A stretch of DNA of 64,000 nucleotides, from positions 36,580,001 through 36,644,000 of the forward strand of contig NC_043009.1 of assembly GCF_006345805.1 (NCBI RefSeq). Reading direction: 5' to 3'. The translations under genes and the position numbers were made by a program. The notes beneath the pieces were generated by a model, which saw only the letters and a list, made by a program, of their open reading frames with translations, made no database searches and had not been told where the DNA came from. This document shows positions 38,293 to 51,500 of the stretch, piece by piece; positions within the stretch are counted from its first letter, which is position 1; each line of letters starts with the position of its first letter. This DNA is from Octopus sinensis (taxonomy: Eukaryota).

Positions 38293-38790
38293 AGGAAAGT
38301 TGTAAATATAGTCGAGTTAACGGTTCCTCATGAAGATAATATGGATGCTGCTTGGGCTCGAAAATTTAACCGTTATGTAAACCTCCTCGAGGAATGTGAA
38401 GACGCAGGCTGGAAAGCGGAACATTTTCCAATCGAAGTCGGATGTAGAGGGTTCGTTGGACACAGTGTGAGACAACTGTTGTTATCGCTAAGCCTAACTC
38501 ATTGTAAAGTCAATACCACCATGACCGATATCCAATCTACAGTGGAGAAGGCTAGTCACTGGATTTGGTTAAAAAGAGACGATGAGCGATGGCTAGAAGG
38601 ATATTGAGCTTTATTTGATAACTGGCTGATCTAGCAAGTAGGGCCTCATATCAGTGACGGTGCACATAGATGCCGTCGAGAGGTAGGTCCTGAAATGGCA
38701 CGCATTCTCTCCTGATGACCCCATACACTTGCTGGCTTCCAGCATATGGAGTTTTTGACTGGTAGCACTTGCATGTGCAAGTTGTTTGCA
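38293..38790 (+). mobile_element. 5'-truncated HERO-like non-LTR retrotransposon: RLE endonuclease C-terminus and 3' UTR
   Basis: Open frame RKVVNIVELTVPHEDNMDAAWARKFNRY..AGWKAEHFPIEVGCRGFVG..EKASHWIWLKR* (38293-38607). Confidence 0.82.
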
Positions 38791-39029
38791 AGACATACAT
38801 ATATATATATATAAAAATCTTAAAATAAATAACTCACAAATCTTGTAATTACATCTACCCATTGTTTCCTGGTCAAAATAATAATTTATTCTGCCACTTA
38901 TCAAGCTGAAAACATACAGGATCTTTAGGCCTAGTAATGTCTTTACATTTCCATAAAGATGTATACAGTGAATTGATAGACATGTATTGCTGGTATAAAT
39001 ATATGTATACCAATAATACACACACACAC

Positions 39030-39209
39030 TGGTGGCACGTAAAAAGCACCCACTACAGTCTCAGAGTGGTTGGCATTAGGAAGAGCATCCAGCTGTAGAA
39101 ACTCTGCCAGATCAGATTGGAACCTGGCGCAGTCATCTGGTTTGCCAGTCCTCAGTCAAATCGTCCAACCCATGCCAGCATGGAAAGCGGACGTTAAACG
39201 ATGATGATG
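39030..39209 (+). mobile_element. RTE-tail element flanked by 48-bp direct repeats
   Basis: ggtggcacgtaaaaagcaccc ... acgatgatgatg; identical flanks at about 38982-39029 and 39210-39257. Confidence 0.88.
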
Positions 39210-40898
39210 ATGTATTGCTGGTATAAATATATGTATACCAATAATACACACACACACAAATAGTGTGTCACTGGTGTATCAAGTTTGAAATTTGGGAGAT
39301 AGAATGAGAAACACAGAAACACAAGAATGTTCAAAAAAGTTGACATTTATTACAAATATATACCCCCGCTACATTGCTGTGTGTGTGTGAGATAGAGATA
39401 TAGCAACTGAGAGGTAGATACAAAGAGTTTGTAAAATCTTCATGCATGTGTGTGTGTATGTGTACACATATATAATGAAATCACTCAATATTTTAAAATG
39501 AATACAATATTAATAACACACACACACACACATACATAAATGTATACATTTAGTTATGTAAAAAAAACCAAGACTTTTTCTTTCAGACATGTAGAAAAGA
39601 CATTGTGTTTGAGTTTTACATTGAAAGTTGATCATATTTTCAAAGTTTTGTTCTGAACAATAGCATTTTGAAGTGAATTCAAGTTTCTCAACCTGCTTAG
39701 CCTCTTTGTGAAATTAACAGTTGTGGCATATTATTTGTGCATTTTATAGTGGAACACAAAGGAACATGAGAATAGCATTGTAAATGATAAAAACCACTGC
39801 TGTTGGATTTAACTCTAGATAAATTTCATAGTTTATGTCAACTTGTATTGTATCAAAATGGTTGAATACATCAGTAAAAACCAGAAAACATGGCTCACAT
39901 GATATAAACTCACAGAATATATTACAAAAACACCAAACTGAAAACTTTTTTATCAACCTGAAACTACCTGAAATTTGCCAACACTACACCTGATATCCCC
40001 CACTCCATACACATGCACACATGTATATCAGGACTCATACACTGTTTACTTTCCTAACTCTTGTACATAATTCTATGTACTATACCTTTAAGGAGTTGTA
40101 GTGCACCTGAGCACTATACACAATAATTTCATTATCATTATCATAAACCAACAACTAATGTAATGTGGAAGTTGTAAACTTTCTGTGTCAACCTGTTACA
40201 TCAGCTACACAAATACAAGTTTCTCATGGGTTGACCATGTAACTAGGAACAGTCGCAGTCTGTTGTAATACAGGAGATGAAACAAAACTAAATGGAAAAA
40301 AAAAGCCATTAGCTGACAATGCTACCATTCTCTATAGAATTGGTAATACAACCACCTTTGATGGAATTTCATATGAAAATCAGATTAACTTTGCAAAGTT
40401 TATTAATAAATAACAAAATACAAAGAGATAATCCAAAGATACAGACCTGACACATTAAATTAAGTAGAATATATTGTTATCTATTGAACAGTTTTAGAGG
40501 TGGCATAAATATTTTATTAGTCATAATACTAGTCCCATAATCATTTAGAATCTATGGCAAAATGAGAACAAAATATCACTGCAATAATCATCATGTTCTA
40601 CCAATGATGAGGCTGAGAACTCTTTGAAACAAATGAAATTGGGGATGTTAAGGTTCTACTATGAAAAATAAAGGACTAATAGGGATACAGGAAAAATGTC
40701 TTTAATAGAAAAAAGTAAACTCAAACAATTTCACTTTTAATACAATATGTATGTATATACGTAGAATATACAATATACACATATATACACAAACACATAT
40801 CATGAAGGCAATGAACACAAAAAGAAAGATGATATGAGAGGAACAAGTTTTAACAATGTTGTATTAGTATAATGCTTGAACATGTCTGTGTGTATGTG

Positions 40899-40942
<44 letters not shown>

Positions 40943-41685
40943 ATATATACATACATACACACACACACATAAACTCAGCTGTCTCTCATTAATTTCTCTC
41001 CTTTTAACTTTTCTTAGGAGAAGGACTGTCCAAAACAATGAGTTCTCCACTGTTCATAGTATGTTCAGCTCTCTTTTTATTGATTTTACTACATAATGTC
41101 TTGCCAATGCAGACAGACATGTCTGTTTGGGGTCCAGTTGATCACACACACACACACACATTAATATTGTCTACATATAAAAAATCTTACCTAAAACAAT
41201 TAGAAACATATCTGAACACACTTTCAATTCTGTGCGTGTGAGTTTATGTGCACAATGACACATGATACAGACAATATACATAACCATATACAAACACAAA
41301 CAAAGGGGGAAATATGTACTCAATACAGAGACAAGAGTTTATTTATTTAGATTATATTCATTTGAAGCTGAGAAGTGTTTCTGTCATGACTGAGTTTTAT
41401 ATTTTCGTTCTTCACTGCAATATAAGATTGTCATAACTGAAGAGTTATAATGGCGACAAACCTCACATTCGTATTCACACACACACACACACACACACGT
41501 GTGCATGTCCGTATATCAATTGACATACAAATATACATGGTTGAAAAAGTTAGTTTGACAAACATTCGAAAATTAGAACCCTGCCTCTCATTCTTGGAAT
41601 ATGTTGAAAAAGTCAATAGAAAATGAAAAACAGGAATTAGCCTTGCATTCTAGTTTAGTGTTGTGGAATGTGTGTGTGATTGACA

Positions 41686-41688
<3 letters not shown>

Positions 41689-41753
<65 letters not shown>

Positions 41754-41762
41754 AGAGAGAAG
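41689..41762. repeat. (GA)n microsatellite
   Basis: About 30 GA units. Confidence 0.95.
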
Positions 41763-42444
41763 ACGCATGAGTGAATCAGGACAGGAAATGTGAATGACAA
41801 CTGATCAGTGTAGGTGTGTTTGATGAGAAATTCTTTTTTCAAAAGATCAACAAAATCAAATGTTTAGGATATGTGAATGAAGGAAAAGAAAATATATTAC
41901 AACACACACATGCATGTATGCAAAAGAAGTCTTGTATAGTTAACACCATCATAACTACTAGGTAGCTTTTAACAGCTTAATCCAACTGAGAGGTGTTGGT
42001 AAAACAAAAAAATTAGGAAAAACAATAATTCAATGAAATGTTATTAAAAAGTGCAGCAAACAAAGTAGTGTTGTTGGTGGCGGAGTGGGGGTTGGGGGAG
42101 AGGGGGTAGATACAGAAGGATTTCTGATCACAATCTCCAGCAAATATAACAGTTGTTGGTAAAAGTGGTGGAGGTGATGGTGGCAATCAGAACAATTTCC
42201 AGTCACCACTACCAAATAATAATATTGACATAGTGTTGCTGCTGTTGGCTTTCATGGTGGTAGTGAAGGTAGACAGATTAATTCCCCACTCCCCACCCTA
42301 TCACCAAATGATAGTATTGTTGTTAGTAGTGGTGGTGGTGGTGGTTATTTTGGTGGACAGAATGATTCCCAGATGCCATTTCCACCACCACCACCATCAC
42401 TAAATAAATCATTACACTGTACAATATACCTAAACTGTATGGTT

Positions 42445-42528
42445 TCATCTCTTGGTAAGGCGTTTGCTCTGCCAAGTTTCAAATTTGTTATATGCAGCAT
42501 TTAGCATCTCCTCCATGTGGCCAGTAAG
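42445..42528 (-). CDS. GTF2H1: GTF2H1 last coding exon, ending at TGA
   Basis: attcag|CTTACTGGCCACATGGAG ... AAGAGA TGA. Confidence 0.93.
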   Translation of the reverse strand, partial: LTGHMEEMLNAAYNKFETWQSKRLTKR

Positions 42529-45500
42529 CTGAATGACAAAGAAAAAAAATTATGTGTGTGTGTGTGTATGAGTATGTGCACAAATATATTTATATATAAA
42601 AATCAATAAGGTGATATACAACATTTATTAATGACATGGTAATTTATAGTACAGAATATATAAGTACAAAAAAATTTTAAACCCTAAAAAAATGGACCAA
42701 ATTTATAAGTCTAAAAACATCATAAAGCATTTTGAATTCCTGGTTCAATAAATCTAATTTTATATAAAGTGCTATCAAGAAAACGACTGAGGCAGAGGTA
42801 TAGTCATGTGGTACTTGCATTGGGGCAAGTGTTATCTAGTGTAGCATTGTAGATAACAATGCTATGGTAGAAATCTGGGAGATGAAAACTAAGCAACCTG
42901 GCATAAATACATATGTACAGACACACACACCTACATATACATAATATGTGTGTGTGTGTTTATATAGTGTTTGACCGTGTCAGTGGCACGTAAAAAGCAC
43001 CATCCGAATCGTGGCCGATGCCGCCTCGACTGGATTCCGTGCAGGTGGCACGTAAAATGCACCAATCCGACCGTGGCCGATGCCAGCCTCGCCTGGCACC
43101 AGTGCAGGTGGCACATAAAAAGCACCCACTACACTCACGGAGTGGTTGGCGTTAGGAAGGGCATCCAGCTGTAGAAACATTGCCAGATAAGACCGGAGCC
43201 TGGTGCAGCCTTCTGGCTTCCCAGATCCCCGGTCGAACTGTCCAACCCATGCTAGCATGGAGAATGGACGTTAAACGATGATGATGATGTGTTTATATAA
43301 TGGTGTAAATTGGTGGTTCAAGCCACATTCCAATAAAACTTTGCCTTTTGATAGAGAACAGTTATAATAAATATCAGACTGGATATTTATTTATTTTATA
43401 TTGTTTCATTTCAGTTTGAAACTCCACCCCTGTTTCTCTGCTAGGATGGGTTTCACTCATTTCATATTTATGTGTATCTATATATATATAATATTGAGTA
43501 TCAAAACAAACACCCCTATCCCACCTACTTAGCTATTGGTTTCTTCTGTTTTATAGTCTTCACATCCTTTAATTATATTCAGACAATGTTGGTTCTACCA
43601 CAAACATACTATCATTATAATATTTCTAGCTTTATGTTCAGAGTTCAAATTCTGTTGAGGTTAACTCTGCCTTTAATTTCTTTTGGGTCAATAGAACAAG
43701 CACCTGCTGAGTAAAGGGGTTGAAGTAATTAACAAGCTCCATCCCATCAAATTTCAGGCCTTGTGCTTATATTAGAAAGACTAGCTCCTCAAGAAGGCAG
43801 AAATTTCAGATAATTTTAAATGGACAAAGTCTGCAACAAAAAAAAAGAAAAAAAAAAAAGACAGAAGAAGAGGGAGAAAAAGAGAGAAGGGTTAAGTGTT
43901 TGTTACTTACATTAATGGAATAATGCTGACTAATCAAATGTTCTTTGAATGTGTTCAGTTTATTGATATGGAATCTCTCCAAAGTTGTCTTCATCTTGAC
44001 AACCTGGTAAATGAAACAGGTATTTGAATATATTTGAACATTGCACATCAAATGTGCAATATTTCTTAACTTGTTAGTTCCCCTCCAATTATGGCTGGTC
44101 TTAGTAGATGATGTACGGAGGAGAAATAATTACATTAACATAGTATTATATGACCTTTGGTCGATGGTCACAAAGCAAAATCATAATCAGACATTCCTCT
44201 ATTGCAGTAAATCAATTAAAAACACTTGGCAATTTCAAAATGCAGTGGCAGTGTATTATGATGTAATACTTTGTCTTGTGGTATCTGCTTGTAGCTAAGC
44301 AGACTGAGGTCAAATATACTGATAGTATATTACTGCTGACTCTTGAGCTAATCATTCAATATAGATCCTTTTAATTTAGCCCAACTCTTCCTGTTGTGTG
44401 CACATTACTATCATAACTGAAATACTCTGACTTTATCTTTACAATTGTTTTATTTATATATGGCTGTAAACTTTCCTAAAAATTGCCCAATGCTAGAAAC
44501 CACTGTGGCCCTCATCAATCTTGTGGCTCTAAGGGCCATATTTTGGTAAACACTTTAGCTAGAGAGTAAATTACTTTTATAATTATTAAACAAAGGTGTT
44601 AAGCTGGCAGGATTATTAGCATGCCGGAAAAAATGCTTAGTGGCATTTCTTTTGGCTCTATGTTCCAAGTTCAAATTTTGCTAAGGTCAACTTTGTTCAT
44701 CCTTCTGGGGTTGATAGAATAAGTACCAGTCCAGCGCTGGGGGTCGATTTAATTGACTGGCCCTCTCCTCCAAAATTTTTGGCCTTGTGCTTATAGTAGA
44801 AAGAACTACTACTAAGGTAGCAAGCTGGTAGAATCATTTGTGCATTGGACAAAAGACAAAGCAGTATTTCTTTCAGCTCTTCACATTCTTAGTTAAAATC
44901 CAGCTGAGGTCAACTTTGACTTTCAATGTTTTGAGGTTATTAAAATAAAAGTACCAGTCAAATGATGGGGTTAATGTAATGGACTACCCACCTAAAATTA
45001 CTGGCCTTGTGCCAAAATTTGAAACTATTATTATAATCAAGGTGATGGATGGGCAGAATTGTTAGGGTCAGACAAAATGCCCTTTGAGATATTTAGTCAT
45101 GATTTTTTATGTTCTGTTTTGAAATCCCACTGAAGTTTTTTCATCCCTCTAGGGTTGATGAAAGACCAGTGAAATACTGACATCAATTTAATCAACTAAA
45201 CCCTTCACCACATATTTGTCCTTGAGCCAATAATATTATTATCATTGATGGAATGAAGGCAATGGAATGGCAGAATCAGAAAAAAGATTTTCAGAATTTA
45301 TTCGGGTTCTGAGTTCTAATTCCACTGAGGTCATCTTCGCCCTTAATCCTTCCATGGTTATTAAAGTATCAGCTATGTACTGGGCTTTACTTAATACATA
45401 AAAAGGCCAACAATCCAAGATGTCACTTCACTAGAAATTATTAAATTTTCTAGAACAAACCTTCTCTTCTAAGAACTTGGAAGATACTGGAAAACAGGAC

Positions 45501-48500
45501 CAAAAGTGTCTCAATAGTTCACACAATGCACTGTAGATCTGTTGGAGTTCTTCTTGAGTATCAACAGGAATTATTTCTAAAATTACAGAAAATAAATAAA
45601 CATTCAAAATGACATTACAAATCAAATGATAAATAGGGGAGGGAGGTGGTGGTTTACAAATGATCTCATTAATACTGGCTTGAGACTGACAACAATTGGT
45701 TTTTACAGCTGGATGCTAGTACCAGGTAAAAAGCATCTAACACACTGTAAAGTGGTTGGTGTTAGGAAGGGTATCCAGCTGTAGAAACCATACCAAATTA
45801 GATTGGAACCTGGTGCAGCTCTCCTATTTGTCAGCTCTTATCAAACTGTCCAACCCATGCCAGAATGGAAAATGGTGGCGAGCTGGCAGAAGTGATAGCA
45901 CGCCGGGCAAAATGCTTAACGGTATTTCGTCTGCCACTATGTTTTGAGTTCAATTTCTGCCGAGGTCGACTTTGCCTTTCATCCTTTCAGGGTTGATTAA
46001 ATAAGTACCAGTTACGCACTGGGGTGATATAATCGACTTAATCTATTTGTCCCCTCTGTGTGTAGCCCCTTGTGAGCAGTAAAGAAATAAGAATGGAAAA
46101 CGGATGTTAAATGATGATGTATAGTATTGTATAGTCCCTATAATAACCACTCAACTGTGGTGAGTCACATGATCTAGGTTTTACTGCTATGTCCATTTCC
46201 TTCCCATCATACTCTTCTTCCTTCCATCCCCATCCCAGCCCATCCATTCTGGTCAATATCCTCTCTCCATTTCCCCTGCAATCACATACATACACTCACC
46301 AACTGAGTACTCCCTACATTTACTCCCCTATCCCCACCTCCCTCATAATCCTTTCTGACAACATTGTTCCCTCTCCAAATTTACATTTACTATATACAAA
46401 ACACTTTCGCCCCACAGTTCACACAATGAAAACGGTTGGTTGAATAAGCTGAAAATGTGCAGGATTACGAGGTCCCTCTCATTTTGGCTCACTGATATCT
46501 TTTTAGCCTTTCACAAGAAAATGTGCATTGTATTTTGGACAACATAAGTAAGTAAAATCCTTAGCTGGCAATTGGAGGGGGAGACTGTCCTCTCAATCAA
46601 TACACTGCTGTGGGTTCCACTGGATGATGGACTGTTGGTGATGTTATTCTACACTTTCTGATCCATGGTGCTAGCCGTAGCATGCTTGAGGTCAAGGTGC
46701 TGTGACTCCAGGTCTTCCTCAATTTGTTTCGCCCATGTCTTCTTTGGTGCACTGGATTCTCCTGTGTGTGGGTCACAGCCACCATAAAAGTTGGTGTGGT
46801 AGTCATCTGGTGCTCATCCTGCAGAAGCGGCCAGTGTAATCCCAGATAAGTGAAAAGATGGGTCAGTCACGGTTAGAATGTCTTTTGATCTTCGGTCTGC
46901 TTAATAAGGGCTGACTCAAGATCAAACAGCTCAACCATTAAGCTTGAATTTTTTCTCCTTTAATTAACACAGCTGCATGACATGTGGTAACAGCCTGACA
47001 AATGCACTATTACCTTAGAGGCCCTCTTTTAACTGTTGTTGTAGCTTAACCACACAATCAAGCAAATGTATGATCAAAGGCACTCCAGCCATGACCATCC
47101 GATTCTATTTTCAGGCACTGTGATTCTAAGGCTAAGCATCCTTCCCACTTTAAAGACAGATGGACAAGGTTTAGCTGCTATTCCCAGCAGGCTGTGCAAA
47201 TGTGTATATTTTCTCAGTGGCTCATCTTTTCACTGTATAGAAAAGAATAAGCATTTGTTTTGTGCCACAACATAAATCATTAGAACTGAGAGGTTGTAAG
47301 CCTCTCAATGAAAACTAATTTTGTGAATCAGTTAATACACTTCAGATTTATTTACATTGTACAGACTACACTCTCACCAAATTCTATATATATCCTCCAT
47401 GAGAATGTATCAATGATTCCAAATGTTGATGTACCCAAATATTGTGGGAGGACACTGGTATGTCAGTGTCCCCTAAATATACCAGGAGGTGGACTCTGGT
47501 ATGTCAATGTCTCCCAAATATAGCAGGGAGAACCCAGATATGCTGATGTCACCAAATGTTGCAGCGAAGACTAGTATGCCAGTGTCCCCAAATATAGTAA
47601 GGGGTATCCAGCAATGTTGATGTACCCCAAATATATATTTCTTTATTGCTCACAGGGGGCTAAACATAGAGGAGACAAACAAGGACATATAAAAGGGACT
47701 AAGTCGATTACATTGACCTTGGTGCATAACTGGTACTTATTCAATTGACCCCGAAAGGATGAAAGGCAGAGCTGACCTCGGTGGAATTTGAACTCAGAAT
47801 GCAACAGCAGACGAAATACCACTAAGCATTTTGCCCGGCATTGTAATGATTCTACCTACTCACTGCCTTATGTACCCCAAATATAGCAGGGGGTCTCTGG
47901 TATGTTGGTGTCTTCAAATATAACAGGGGCAGACTCTGGTATGTTGATGGCCCCAAATATATCAACTTACGTTGTAGATCTTGCTGACTTGTTCTTTGCA
48001 TCAAACTTCCACCAGGAGAGAGTTCTCCCAACACACTGAGAGCTAAATGAACTGGAAGAACCTGCAGAAAAGATATATTAGAATTTATATATAAAAAACA
48101 ACCCCACATAAGAAAAACAAAAAAAAACAAAACAAACAAAATACATAATAAATATTTAGAAATTTATTTGTAGTTTTAATTTGTTGTTGTATATACAGTT
48201 AAAATCCATGTCTCGATGATGATGATGATCATCATCATCATCAACAACAGTGTCATTAGACCTATTTACACAATACCAACTGTTACGAGAAGCCCAGCTT
48301 TTAATTAACATGTTAACTACAGGTCATCTCATAATGCAAATCTATTGCTTTGTTTTAATCATTGTGAGTGTGAAAGAGATAGCAACGTCATTTGTTAACT
48401 CTTTCAATAACAGCCTGCTTCTGACTTCCCAACAACATTTGACTTAAAAAACTGCATTGGCTAGATACATCCTGAGATCTTTCTTGTAAAACCTTACTTA

Positions 48501-51500
48501 ATAATTAGTGGCATGTACTGTGTTAAGTTATTGATATAATTGTAACTAACTTATTTAATAGTGTTTTCCATTGATGGATGTCTTTTCATATAAGTAAGCT
48601 ATGAAATTCTTAGATTCTCTTGATTTCCTGTAACTCAGACCACCTCATGGCCCCAGCAGACAAAAGGGAAAAGGTGTTGCCCTGAAGGATGGCAAGGGAG
48701 ATGTACTGGAACACTCACTCTGACTCATGGGGCTCACACTTGATAATAGCCATCTCTGCCCCAATAGTGGTGAGCAGGGATTATGGTCTGCGGACTGAGA
48801 ATGCCAGAGGGTCTCCACCGCCACAGGCTTGACCGTAAACCTGTCAGAGAACAACTGACACTTTGACAGTCTGCTTTTCTTAGCCTGACTGGCAGCTGAA
48901 CACACCAAACTGTTGCTGGAGAAGGTGCCAACATTTGAGGTCATCCATCCATTCCCACACAAACTGCCGATACTAAATGTGTTCATAACTGAATTTAAAA
49001 TGCTGAGATGGTGTTACTTCCATTATTATAGTGTTAATCATATAAAAAGAACATTTTTTTTTGCACATAACATTCTGAGATGATCTGGGATGTATTACTG
49101 ATAGCTTGTACATAAATCTAAATGTATACATATGGTAGTGCAGTATCACTTGCATGTAAATCTGCATATAAAGGTGGCAGTAATCCTTGTAAGAAACACT
49201 GTCAAAGTTGATTTATTTTTTGAGAAATACTCAAGCAGGTACTCAAGAAGTTGATTCATCATCATCATCATTTAGCGTCTGCTTTCCATGCTAGCATGGG
49301 TTGGATGGTTCAACTGGGGTCTGGGAAGCCAGAAGGCTGCACCAGGCCCAGTCTGATCTGGCAATGTTTCTACGGCTGGATGCCCTTCCTAACGCCAACC
49401 ACTCCGGGAGTGTAGTGGGTGCTTTTACGTGTCACTGGCACAGGTGCCAGACGAGGCTGGCAAATGGCCACGATCGGATGGTGCATTTTACGTGCCACCG
49501 GCACGGAGGCCAGGCAAGGCTGTCAACGGCCACGATCGGATGGTGCTTTTTACGTACCACCGGCATGAAGCAAGTCGGGGCAGCGCTGGCAACGGCCACG
49601 TTTGGATGGTTCTCTTATGTACCACCGGCTTTGGTATCACAGCTGCAATTTCCATTGATGTTGATCGATTTTGATTTTGATTTTTTGATAAATGTTCAAA
49701 GCAGTACCTGAGACAAAGCTGGTAACCAATGAGGCAATTTCTGGTGAACCATCTGAGCTGCCTGAACGACATTGTCATTGGTTGAATATAGAGATGCTGA
49801 TATAGGTGTTGGCCCATGCAGATAGCGCTCCATTTTTGTCAAACTTAATGAAGTTGCAGATGAGCTAATGTCTTCCTCAAGGTCTGTGTAGTGAATCTTC
49901 TCCATGATTCGAGCCTGAAAATAACAAATGAAAGGTTACAAAAAGATTCAACATATGCAAACCTGGACATTTAAAAAGACAGGGTGGTTACAGCAGGCCT
50001 GTGGCTAAACAGCAACATACAGACTAGAAGTTACATGTCCGATTTACTTTATAGATTAGAGATGAAGATTATAACTTGAAATTTCAGTAATTTAAACCTA
50101 GAGATTAACAAAACAATTGACAGTAGGATGTTGATTAGAAAATATGGCTTCTGAGTGGCAAATTTCTGAAGAGGAATGGTCCCAAAAGCACTAATTCAAT
50201 GAGGCATCTGGATCAATTAAGAAGACATAAGCAAAAGTATTTAATTAGAGGCATTAAATGAAGACATTCTTATGGTACAATGGATCTGTTTTATTGTTTC
50301 TTTTTTTAAAATTTCCATGGCATTACACTAGGACCTGTTGTGGTGGGCAATGCTATAGAAGGTAATAACACTGGAGTGGTGAGGTGTAGGACTAAGGATT
50401 CAGTGAATAAAAAAAAAAAATGGGGTTCACTAGTTTTGAAGTAGCCATCTCTTTCTACTCCATTAAATTCACCATTATATGCACATTTATACTATGTGTG
50501 AAAGTATCTTCAGCCAGTTCAAACCAACAATGCCACACTGGTTCTACTGCATCACACTATTACCTCAGAGCTAACCCATATCCTAGCCAAGTTCTTCAAG
50601 TTCTGTCTCTCTCTTGGAATAACCTGATCCCTGGAGACATGCTACTGTGTGCACCATTCTCAAGAAGTGCAACACTTGTGACCCTGCCAGATACTGTCCT
50701 CATTCCAATATCTCAAAGGTGACAGCCATTAACAACTGCCTCCAATACTTTGAATTTTTCCCTCTTCTTAATGCCCACCATTCTAGCCAAATCTTCTTAA
50801 GTCCTACTTTTCTATATGACTCACTAGTGTTCCCTCACTCTCAAGAATTTCAGGGAAGCCAGTCTTGCCTTTGATATCAACATAACTTTTGACCATTTGG
50901 CATGCAACTCTGCTAGCAAAACTGTTTACCTATTAGTTCCATCTACCTATCCTATCAGATCACACTATTGAGGCATGTGTCGACAGAGTTCTCTGAGACT
51001 CTCATTCTGTCAACTCTGGTGTGCTCCAGGGTTCGGATTTCCCTTTACACTCTTCCTCCTAGACAAGCTACAAACTGTGAGCTCCAACAATGCCCATCTC
51101 TATGTAGATGATATGTCCCTTCATTCCTCTCTTATCTTATACATTCAAACAACATCCACACCAACTCCATAGACAGATATCTCTAAAATATCATTCTTCA
51201 ATAGTCATGCCAAACTTGTCTCTTTCAACAACTAAAAGGCCTCACCCATCACTGGGGATCTCTACTGGTTGACACACACATCCTTAATACAGCAAACAAG
51301 ACTGTACCAGAAAGATTTGCCTTCTTCATCAACAACTAATTCTCTTCAAAACCCAGATGAACCCTACAATAGAGTATTGCTCCCACATCTGGGACAGGGT
51401 TGCTGTTGCTATGCATGCAAACATCTAAAGAAAGGTCACATGACTGATTGGCACGAAGTCACTCACACCTTATCTCTTCTCTCCCACTAACACAAAAGTA

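Noticed and set aside
38675-38750. Hammerhead ribozyme in the HERO-like 3' UTR (GAAA plus CTGATGA)
   Set aside because: No GAAA follows the hairpin after CTGATGA, and the upstream GAAA cannot form stems I and II in a valid topology.
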